Position numbers and translations under genes: made by a program | Shown: positions 56,682 to 64,000 of the stretch, in pieces | Position numbering within the stretch: position 1 is the first letter of the stretch | Layout: every line of letters starts with the position of its first letter | Source: a virus | Taxonomy: Duplodnaviria > Caudoviricetes | Length of the DNA: 64,000 bases | Virus record (IMG/VR): IMGVR_UViG_2885358051_000002 | Span: 1 to 64,000 of that record | Direction: 5' to 3' (one strand) | Notes under the pieces: model-generated | Seen by the model: only the letters and a program-made list of their open reading frames with translations | What the model was told of the DNA's origin: nothing | Database searches by the model: none

Positions 56682-56848
56682 ATTCAATCATAACTGCGGT
56701 TGCAAAAAAACCATTTCCTTTTGCAAACAAAAAGTTATAGACTCCCATTTTATAGTAATTCGCTTTAATGGTACGTACATTTTTCCCCCCCCCCATCTGC
56801 ATTAAGGACAAATAATCTCTTAATGTTACGGTATCTTGCCCAAATCAT
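56671..56848 (-). CDS. TRD-like cassette 3, frameshifted at G10 (G9 restores frame)
   Basis: Corrected: MIWARYRNIKRLFVLNADGGGKNVRTIKANYYKMGVYNFLFAKGNGFFATAVMIEYDF; tract 56785-56794. Confidence 0.72.
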
Positions 56849-57090
56849 TGAGGTGTTATTTCTTCGATGGTCACAGTATATCCTTCACCCTCTTCCGTCC
56901 GCCATTCTTTGCACCGAGGCAAATCTATCAACGTGTCGCCACATTGCTCATTGAATGTTCCCCTGCAATCAGCAAGTTCTTTTTCAAAAGCCCTCATTAC
57001 ATCATCCAGAGAGATGAAAAGATTATGTCTATCCGAAACATTTTCATGTGTTTCAAGGAGTGTCGCAAGAAGATAAAATTTCTGTTTCAT
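56845..57090 (-). CDS. Hypothetical protein inside the cassette array
   Basis: Probable ATG at 57090 (MKQKF); coupled to cassettes on both sides. Confidence 0.55.
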   Translation of the reverse strand: MKQKFYLLATLLETHENVSDRHNLFISLDDVMRAFEKELADCRGTFNEQCGDTLIDLPRCKEWRTEEGEGYTVTIEEITPQ

Positions 57091-57222
57091 TGTATTCAAT
57101 TAAAATTTTCGGTTTATCCATGTCATGTCCTTTACCCCCCCAGCCAAGCATAGTGCGATGCCGATGGGAGAAACTACGATGCCGTTCTGCGAAGGAGAAT
57201 AGTAACCAAGAATTACCGGCAT
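57053..57222 (-). CDS. TRD-like cassette 2, frameshifted at G7 (G8 restores frame)
   Basis: Corrected: MPVILGYYSPSQNGIVVSPIGIALCLAGGGKGHDMDKPKILIEYNETEILSSCDTP; tract 57135-57141. Confidence 0.72.
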
Positions 57223-57224
57223 GT

Positions 57225-57581
57225 TCACAGGCGATTGGACTGGCTTGCGGACCATACGAGGTTTTTATAATGATTATTGGAGCGATTACCATCCTTGTGC
57301 AGCACATGCGGGAGATTATCATCGTTGCGGACAAAAGACATGGCCACCAAACGGTGAACCTTAAAGTTCTTTCCCTGAATGCGAACGCGCCGATACCCCT
57401 TTCCATTGAAAGAGGCAATAGGACGAAAGTCCTGAAAAAACCTTGCAGCATCCATGTCGTAATAGCACAACGGCGAAGAACAGCCTGCACTGACCGTTCG
57501 GGAGGAATAAACCTCCCCACTGTCAGAAATGAAATAAGAGGTCCGGCCAACCTCATAGAATTTTCTCACTCTACAATTCAT
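57225..57581 (-). CDS. HNH (NUMOD4/HNH_3-type) homing endonuclease
   Basis: KVHRLVAMSFVRNDDNLPHVLHKDGNRSNNHYKNLVW. Confidence 0.85.
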   Translation of the reverse strand: MNCRVRKFYEVGRTSYFISDSGEVYSSRTVSAGCSSPLCYYDMDAARFFQDFRPIASFNGKGYRRVRIQGKNFKVHRLVAMSFVRNDDNLPHVLHKDGNRSNNHYKNLVWSASQSNRL

Positions 57582-57754
57582 GTTCTATCAATATGTATGG
57601 TGTAGTATTATACATGTCCGTATTCTTGTCCTTGCATATACCCCCCCCCGGAGAATGAGGTAATGGTGTTGCATATATGTTTGAAGTGATAACGCAACAC
57701 CGTCCCCCGTTTTTCTCCGGAGCGAGTCCACCCTATGAAATGACAGTCATTCAT
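57571..57754 (-). CDS. TRD-like cassette 1, frameshifted at G9 (G8 restores frame)
   Basis: Corrected: MNDCHFIGWTRSGEKRGTVLRYHFKHICNTITSFSGGGICKDKNTDMYNTTPYILIEHEL; tract 57641-57649; start overlaps the dnaN stop. Confidence 0.72.
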
Positions 57755-58886
57755 CAATGCGCATGGGCATTATCAATTCTATCAGTGAAGAATTGGTAGC
57801 ATCCTCACGAACAGTCACTGCACGTTCAGGAGCAGACAATTCGAGACGAACATTATCCGTAGAGACGACAGAAAGAACCGTCAGGAAGTGACTCGAACGA
57901 AGACCAATAGCAAATCCGTCAGGAAGCGTACAATCATCAGAAGACAGGTCTTCGCGGGCCTTGCGTGAAAAGTCCACATCCTCGGCACAGAGAGAAACAG
58001 CACCATCCTGTTTGCGTATAGACACAATCTGTGTGGCAGAATTAGACATAAGGGACACGCGCTTGAGTGCATTTACAAGGTCACGCACCGGCATGACAAG
58101 ATGGTAAGGCGACTGTGCAGGAATGACCGAGTTGTAGTTCGGATATTTTCCCACTACATCCGTCACATAAAGTGTGGTGTCATCAGCCGAAATGATCAGT
58201 TTCTTACCATCATGCCGCAAAGACACCATTTCCACATTTGCGAAGGCGGCATCAATCGCAGGAACAGCCTTTTTATATAATAGGATAAGACACGGTTTAC
58301 CATTTGTAACAAACGGAATCCCATTCGTATAAACATACTTATAAAGCATGTGCCCGGATGTGGCAACAAAAGTAACCCCCTCGTTTGACACATCAAGCGC
58401 CACGGCACTCAGTTGTGGGCGCAAATCATCATCGGCTGTACAGGCAGATGCGGCCTTGACCGAAGGCAGAAAGACCGACAGAGGCAAAGAAAACTCAACC
58501 GTGGTGTTCTCCTGCTCAACTGGCAGAGGAAAGTCTGCACCATTAAAAGCCGGAACAGAGAAGTCACCACCCTTGTAACGAAACGAAGCAAGAAAAGAGG
58601 TGTCATCTATTATCATTTCTACAGGCTGCTCCGGAAGCGTAGCCAAAATGGGTGAAACCATTGCCACTGGGAGGCAGAAAGGGCGAAAAACACCATTGTC
58701 CATGCGACGCAAGTCTATCGGCATTGTCAGTGTATTTTCGGATGACGAACCCGTAATGAAAAACTTATCATCCTTGAAAGACACCAGCGCATTGTCAAGC
58801 AAAGGGAGCGTGTTTCGCTTGAGGATGACCTTAGAAACCGTGCTCAGCGCACGTAAAAGTTCTTTGGAAGAAACAGAAAATTTCAT
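57747..58886 (-). CDS. dnaN: DNA polymerase III beta sliding clamp
   Basis: 379 aa; NTLPLLDN, DDLRPQL, VATSGHML, GKYPNYNSVIP and ELIMPMR. Confidence 0.92.
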   Translation of the reverse strand: MKFSVSSKELLRALSTVSKVILKRNTLPLLDNALVSFKDDKFFITGSSSENTLTMPIDLRRMDNGVFRPFCLPVAMVSPILATLPEQPVEMIIDDTSFLASFRYKGGDFSVPAFNGADFPLPVEQENTTVEFSLPLSVFLPSVKAASACTADDDLRPQLSAVALDVSNEGVTFVATSGHMLYKYVYTNGIPFVTNGKPCLILLYKKAVPAIDAAFANVEMVSLRHDGKKLIISADDTTLYVTDVVGKYPNYNSVIPAQSPYHLVMPVRDLVNALKRVSLMSNSATQIVSIRKQDGAVSLCAEDVDFSRKAREDLSSDDCTLPDGFAIGLRSSHFLTVLSVVSTDNVRLELSAPERAVTVREDATNSSLIELIMPMRIDE

Positions 58887-58911
58887 ATTTAACAGTTTTT
58901 ATGTCTTATAC

Positions 58912-59514
58912 TTAGAATGGCAAATCTTCATCAGCCGGTGCCCACTGTCCGCTGTTGTCATCAATCGGGACTGCAGAAGAATATCCCGTCACACCTTGTG
59001 CAACAGGTGCCGAAACATTCATGTGCGTATTCGCTTGGGTCTGTTCCTCGATAAGATAAGAGTCACCCATCTGGAACGGCATCATCGTGGATATAGCCCG
59101 GGCGAGATCAGTGCCACTCGTGTCCGTCTGTTCTGCCCATTCCGGATGTTCTGCCTTGATACGCTTCTCCAAAGCCGCACGAATCTTCGTGCGTTTCTCT
59201 TCCGGAAGCATGTAGCACACCTGATAGGCAGGAACATTATAAAGCGTCACCTGCTCACCCTTCCGCATCAATCCCTGCTTGACCGCCTCGATGTAACGAT
59301 TAGAGCATGAGCGTTGCTGCGTGTTGATAAAAGCACGGAAGCCAGAAGCATTGCGTTTTGTCTCATCACGATTGTCCGCACGCACATCGATGCCATTGAT
59401 GGCTGCGGGGATGAAGATTCCAGGAACAGGAGCCTGCCCCTCCCCACGCGGAAGATTTATAAACTGCGCCCCGATGAATATGCCGAGGTCTTGAGAATTT
59501 CTGTAACGTGCCAT
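58912..59514 (-). CDS. Putative single-stranded DNA-binding protein
   Basis: Acidic C-terminal tail ADEDLPF; located in the replication block. Confidence 0.55.
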   Translation of the reverse strand: MARYRNSQDLGIFIGAQFINLPRGEGQAPVPGIFIPAAINGIDVRADNRDETKRNASGFRAFINTQQRSCSNRYIEAVKQGLMRKGEQVTLYNVPAYQVCYMLPEEKRTKIRAALEKRIKAEHPEWAEQTDTSGTDLARAISTMMPFQMGDSYLIEEQTQANTHMNVSAPVAQGVTGYSSAVPIDDNSGQWAPADEDLPF

Positions 59515-59532
59515 AATTGCTTTATTTTTATA

Positions 59533-62500
59533 TTAAAACGGTAAATCTTCTTGTGACGGATCAACCGGGTTTCCCGGAGCTGGATTCCCGGAAACAGGAG
59601 ATGCGGGTGCCGAAATCAGCGCCCGTTTTCGCTGCCGTGAATCAAGGTAGTTGCGCCAGCGTTCCTGCTCCTCCAAAGATAGAGAGACCACGTTTCCCTC
59701 ATCATCCACGATTGGTGTCGGGTCTGGCAGGGAGAGAAAATGCGTATAGACCTTCATCAGTTCATCGTTATTCTCAGGTATGCTATCCTTGCCCTGTCGA
59801 TAGAAATACACTGCGTGCTCCGTGCGTTGCAGTTCGCGTATCTGCTTGGGATGAATGGTGGTATCATCCTCCCACTCACGTCCCACAAAGTAGCGTCGCG
59901 TACACCAGGCCTGGTGTGCAAAATAATTTGTCTCGACCGCTTTCTTGAGCGTCTTTCCATCCGCACGCTTGAAAAGTTGCGGAGGATTCATCAGGATGCC
60001 AGCCGTCTCGCAATAATCGAGCACGCGCCGTTTGAACGCCTTTGGAGAAAAGCTGTCCGTCTTATTTTTAGAGGCTTCTGCAAAATCAGACTTATATTCC
60101 TCAAGCATAGAGTCAAGGTCAATGGGGATGCCATAAACCTCCCGCTCGAAGAAGACACGCGCAAAGCGGAGGAAAGCCTCGCCGAGCGACTGAGTAAGTG
60201 TTCGTTGCTCCATATATTTTTTCTGTGCATCCACCTTCTCATCGTAGCGCATAACAAACTGTACCGAAAGCGCACAAATCATGGCTATCTGGTTACGTGA
60301 AGATGCGGACAACTTATCGGGCGAGACCGCATTAAAATCCGGCATAATGTCAGAAATATAACGGGCCGCCTTATTCTTCATAATGTTCTGCCCGCAGAAA
60401 CGATGAGAGAAGCCACCAAGACAGACACGACGCATGGTAGAGTCGTCAAGGTCGTGAAGCGGATAATTAGATGTGACCACATGACCTGGACCTTCAGACA
60501 GCGGTATTGTGATGCGATCCTTGTACATATATCTCACGGAAAAATCACCTGTCGTGAGATTATATAATTTTCCGAAGTCAAGAGTTTGATCTACGTCCTC
60601 CCAATGCACGATACGATGCTTATGGTGCTGGTATTCGGCAAGGTTAGACGAAAACTCCTTATTGGAAATCAGGTCGCGACCATTTACGTTCAAAATATGC
60701 GCCGCACAACCCGCGAAGATGCGCACGAAAGTAGATTTTCCAGAGCCACCCTCAGCGCGGTTGGCAGCAGTCACCACATTCTCTATCAGATAAGAAATGC
60801 AATTAGACTTAGAATCACGATAGCGCCACAACATACGGCCGAGACAGAAGACAAGATTGGCAAAGCGGCAATCCAGTTCCATCTGCTCCTCAGAAGAGAA
60901 CTCACGACCATCATGCAGCAGTTCCTGCTCATGTTCCCATTCCTCATTGGCAAAGCCACGCAACACACGAAGCGTAGGCCACAATTCAGCCTCCTTCTTT
61001 CCTTTCCAATCCACTATCCAACGATGAGACTGTGCCCATAGAGCAAGTTCATTTTCTTCCTGCGCCAGTTGTTGAAGCGTATAAAGCGGTTTGCCAAGAT
61101 CGTCTTTCTGCGTGCGTTTCCGCTGAATATCGTCCTTACGCTTGCGGTAAGCAGGATTTTCTGAAATATCAAAAGGAAGGTTACGGATAGGTGTCATGTT
61201 CCAGTGAAGCAATGCCGCACGATCCACATTGAAGTCGATGCTGTCATAAGTGCACATGGATATTTCTTTCTCCGTGATGCGCAATGCCCCATTATCGTAG
61301 AAAAAGTGCTCCACATGTCGTCCATAACCATCTGTATAGTTCAGTTTTACAGCAGGAAGAGAAGCTATCGTCTTCTCGTTAATCTCCTTATTCGCCCGGA
61401 GAACAGCCTGCACCATCTTCTCGTATTCGTCCGGGGTGGAACGTTCATCGTTCACCTGGCGAGCATACTCCTTGAGCTTCTCAATCGTAGCCTGCACCAT
61501 AGATGCAGCATCCAGTTCGTCGGCAAAAGGACCATCGATGTGGATATATCGTCCAATCTTATCCGGCTCATCAGTCCGCACATCACGAGCATAACCCGCA
61601 GAAGCCATAAACTCCCATAAAGTAGCAGGATTGATGGTATAGAAAACCTCCTTAACAATGCCATTCCTGTCACGCTTCTCCTTGCGCTCGAACGGGTCAG
61701 AGCAAAGGGCCGAAGTGATGCAGGCAGAGAAAAGGCGGTTGATGTCATAATCGTACTGAGAACCCTCACGTGGCAACATACGATAAGAAAGAAAAAAGTC
61801 GCGAACGGAAGACACCGGATTACAGTAGAGCCGAGGAAAAAACAAGTGCGCCCGGTCGGAGACTGTCCCAGGTAGTTCCGCCCGCATTATAGAGCGGTAT
61901 CGGCAGCTTATGTCACGCGCATGGAGACGCTGCTTGTTAGACGATGGAAACAACGTATAAAGATTATCCGCAAAACGGTACATTTTGTTGTAATGAACCG
62001 AAGAAAACGGCACATCTCCATAGGGGAAACAAACATGAAACCATCGAGATCCAAATTGTGAGGGATAAGTATGACGGAGCGCCTTCAAATGATAGTATGT
62101 GGCAATAGCATCAGGAGCAGTAGCACAGAAGATGATGTTACGCGCCTTGATGTCCTTCTCCTTGATTTTCTCTTCCTTTTGCTCAGCCTTGAGTGTCCCA
62201 CGTTCATTCACATCCTCCATCCATATTGTACGAGAATGCTCATATACCTCAGACGCGTCCGTCTCCTGTATGGCATCAAATACACCTGTATTGTCCGATG
62301 TGCGCAATTCAACAGCCCGTTTGAACATCTTGTCACCAGCCAGCCAGCGAGAAACCTTAGAAGAAGAATGCTCGTCCGTATTAGAGAACACCATGGGAGT
62401 AAGGTGGTCGTTAGCCGGAAAAAAAACACATCCGCAGTCCTCGCGTTCGTCATCAGCCAGGCAGATAAAGATAGGCGACCACGGAGTAGAAACAAGCACC

Positions 62501-63168
62501 TCAGACCGAGGCGTGCCCTGACGAGACACCTGCGGCAACGTTACTTTCAGCACGGCATAGACATGGAAATCCTGTTGAATCATAGATGGATGAAAATGCC
62601 ATGAAGACTGTTTATTTGGAGACTCGAAGCCATAATGCTCAATGCCATTGTGGTCGAGCCATGTGGTACATCCGAGTGCCGCGAGGTCCTGTGGGGTGAA
62701 GTCCGTCTTAGGCTCAAAAGAAAGCACCGACTGCGGGCGCTGAGCCATAATACGGTAGTCACGCTGGAGAAGTTCAGGCCACTTCTCAGTTATCTCCTCC
62801 ATGGTATGCCCGGCCCGGATTGCCAGTTCGAGACAGGCGCGACGCAAATCCTCCCCCACGCAGATGAACGTAGAAGGAGAAACATCATCCCTTTTCCACC
62901 AATAACCATAGCCATTGATAGCTGCAAACAGTTCTATTGCCCCGAATCCGGCACGAGAAGACCTGGTACACCGCCAATACTCCACCGGCCTGCCATATAG
63001 TCCTCCCCTCCGCTGCTTGTAGATGATAAAATGCGGCGTGCCGTTCTGCATCTTACAGAACGGACACCAACAAGCCACCTGTCCCTCCTCCGTCTGTTGG
63101 TCTGAAGGATTGACAAGCAACGTAAGCGGGAGAGCCGCCAGTTCATCTATAAGAGGGTCGTAAATCAT
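59533..63168 (-). CDS. Primase-helicase-like replication protein
   Basis: N-terminal Cys-containing zinc-finger-like region (CWCPFCK), P-loop AEGGSGKSTF, C-terminal EDLPF. Confidence 0.75.
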   Translation of the reverse strand: MIYDPLIDELAALPLTLLVNPSDQQTEEGQVACWCPFCKMQNGTPHFIIYKQRRGGLYGRPVEYWRCTRSSRAGFGAIELFAAINGYGYWWKRDDVSPSTFICVGEDLRRACLELAIRAGHTMEEITEKWPELLQRDYRIMAQRPQSVLSFEPKTDFTPQDLAALGCTTWLDHNGIEHYGFESPNKQSSWHFHPSMIQQDFHVYAVLKVTLPQVSRQGTPRSEVLVSTPWSPIFICLADDEREDCGCVFFPANDHLTPMVFSNTDEHSSSKVSRWLAGDKMFKRAVELRTSDNTGVFDAIQETDASEVYEHSRTIWMEDVNERGTLKAEQKEEKIKEKDIKARNIIFCATAPDAIATYYHLKALRHTYPSQFGSRWFHVCFPYGDVPFSSVHYNKMYRFADNLYTLFPSSNKQRLHARDISCRYRSIMRAELPGTVSDRAHLFFPRLYCNPVSSVRDFFLSYRMLPREGSQYDYDINRLFSACITSALCSDPFERKEKRDRNGIVKEVFYTINPATLWEFMASAGYARDVRTDEPDKIGRYIHIDGPFADELDAASMVQATIEKLKEYARQVNDERSTPDEYEKMVQAVLRANKEINEKTIASLPAVKLNYTDGYGRHVEHFFYDNGALRITEKEISMCTYDSIDFNVDRAALLHWNMTPIRNLPFDISENPAYRKRKDDIQRKRTQKDDLGKPLYTLQQLAQEENELALWAQSHRWIVDWKGKKEAELWPTLRVLRGFANEEWEHEQELLHDGREFSSEEQMELDCRFANLVFCLGRMLWRYRDSKSNCISYLIENVVTAANRAEGGSGKSTFVRIFAGCAAHILNVNGRDLISNKEFSSNLAEYQHHKHRIVHWEDVDQTLDFGKLYNLTTGDFSVRYMYKDRITIPLSEGPGHVVTSNYPLHDLDDSTMRRVCLGGFSHRFCGQNIMKNKAARYISDIMPDFNAVSPDKLSASSRNQIAMICALSVQFVMRYDEKVDAQKKYMEQRTLTQSLGEAFLRFARVFFEREVYGIPIDLDSMLEEYKSDFAEASKNKTDSFSPKAFKRRVLDYCETAGILMNPPQLFKRADGKTLKKAVETNYFAHQAWCTRRYFVGREWEDDTTIHPKQIRELQRTEHAVYFYRQGKDSIPENNDELMKVYTHFLSLPDPTPIVDDEGNVVSLSLEEQERWRNYLDSRQRKRALISAPASPVSGNPAPGNPVDPSQEDLPF

Positions 63169-63178
63169 TTCATAAGGA

Positions 63179-63826
63179 CTAACTTATATAAGACAAGCAA
63201 GTGTTTACGTTCCACGATGTACGCAAGGCATCGTAAAACGCATTATGCGGTTGTCCGTCAGCAACAGCCTCTTGTGGCAAAGGTGGAAGACACTCATACA
63301 ACTTCTCTGTATCAGCCGGAACAGAAGCATACCCGTTATTTATAGCCACCAGTTCAAGAATAAAAGAACGAGCATCGCGGAAATCCTGATGAGAGACAGG
63401 TAAAGGTATGTCATATTTGTTGCACACATGACGCAAGATGGCGATGTCGAAGTCAGCACCCTGTGCCCAAAGTGAAACCGTTTCGGCCTTTGTCAGTCCC
63501 TTGATGTCGGCAATCCATACGCAAAACTCACGGAACACCTCGTCGATAGGGTAACAATCACCATCCGCCAAGTTGTCACGCAATTCCTTTTGTTGCCCAG
63601 ACCACCACTGTATCGTATTCCTGTCAAAGTCAAATCCATCCATCACGCAAGAACGAAGATCCACCTTTGACTCAAACGTAGGCAACTCGTCTGGAAACAA
63701 ATCCGTGAGAGTCTTGGAACCACGCACCCAAGGCAATGCAGCAATCTGTATGACCGCAGCATGGGGATCGAGAGAACACGTTTCGAGGTCAAATGTTATA
63801 TCTATGTGTGTCAATTTCATTGTCAT
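63179..63826 (-). CDS. DEDDh 3'-5' exonuclease
   Basis: FDLET, WAQGADFDIAIL, RDARSF and HNAFYDA. Confidence 0.85.
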   Translation of the reverse strand: MTMKLTHIDITFDLETCSLDPHAAVIQIAALPWVRGSKTLTDLFPDELPTFESKVDLRSCVMDGFDFDRNTIQWWSGQQKELRDNLADGDCYPIDEVFREFCVWIADIKGLTKAETVSLWAQGADFDIAILRHVCNKYDIPLPVSHQDFRDARSFILELVAINNGYASVPADTEKLYECLPPLPQEAVADGQPHNAFYDALRTSWNVNTCLSYIS

Positions 63827-64000
63827 TATATATTTAGGAATTTATTTATAGTGAACCAAGTCACCGTGCAAGGATGCAGCCTATGCAGTGTGGCCTCAAT
63901 CAGCAGCGTCATATCCTTAAGAGAGCAAAAATGATAGTTAGGCCGAATCATAGACACCGCTATGCGCCAGAAGCCTTTACCATTCCTACGTATGCAGTCA

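Noticed and set aside
57053-57556. 167-aa minus-strand ORF
   Set aside because: Mostly an alternate frame of the HNH gene; only its last ~27 codons are meaningful, as the out-of-frame half of cassette 2.
54171-57754. Explaining the cassette frameshifts as random decay or pure sequencing error
   Set aside because: Not preferred: every break falls in a G-run, errors go in both directions, and other long homopolymers in genes are in frame (T8 near 10652, G8 33745, A-run near 62419). It cannot be excluded without reads.
3022-63851. Numerous 60-300 aa plus-strand ORFs overlapping the large genes
   Set aside because: Antisense shadows of long minus-strand genes with no recognisable motifs.
1-64000. 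CRISPR array, tRNA/rRNA, integrase or att site, invertible shufflon
   Set aside because: No repeat-spacer array, RNA gene, recombinase or inverted recombination sites were recognised; lifestyle and family assignment need sequence outside the window and a terminase/capsid tree.

Overview
The whole window reads as part of a tailed (siphovirus-like) phage or prophage of a Bacteroidales host, probably Prevotella-like. The host is inferred from TAnnTTTG promoters and a Bacteroidetes-type lipoprotein signal. Essentially every credible gene is on the minus strand. From right to left it carries: a replication block (3'-5' exonuclease, primase-helicase, SSB-like protein, beta clamp); a DNA-methylation block; head-tail adaptor, tail and tape-measure genes followed by an ACP plus ketosynthase pair; a middle block (primase-like protein, ThyX, radical SAM, adenine-type MTase, DUF4406-like); head genes (S49 protease, capsid, tail tube, terminase); tail genes with a complete diversity-generating retroelement (RT, a 114-bp TR, and a VR differing only at TR adenines); endolysin, portal and holin; and a small regulator/lipoprotein region next to a repeat-rich non-coding left end. 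The most unusual element is at 54171-57754. There, a circularly permuted cytosine-C5 methyltransferase with no target-recognition domain (TRD) of its own is flanked on both sides by ten small, translationally coupled TRD-like cassettes. Nine cassettes carry a poly-G tract, and eight of those are exactly one base out of frame. This suggests a slippage-switched, possibly trans-acting library of methylation specificities. A six-copy late-promoter motif (TTGTCCC-N21-TAnnTTTG) is also visible. No integrase, tRNA, rRNA or CRISPR array was seen. Product calls rest on motifs read by eye; no database search was run.
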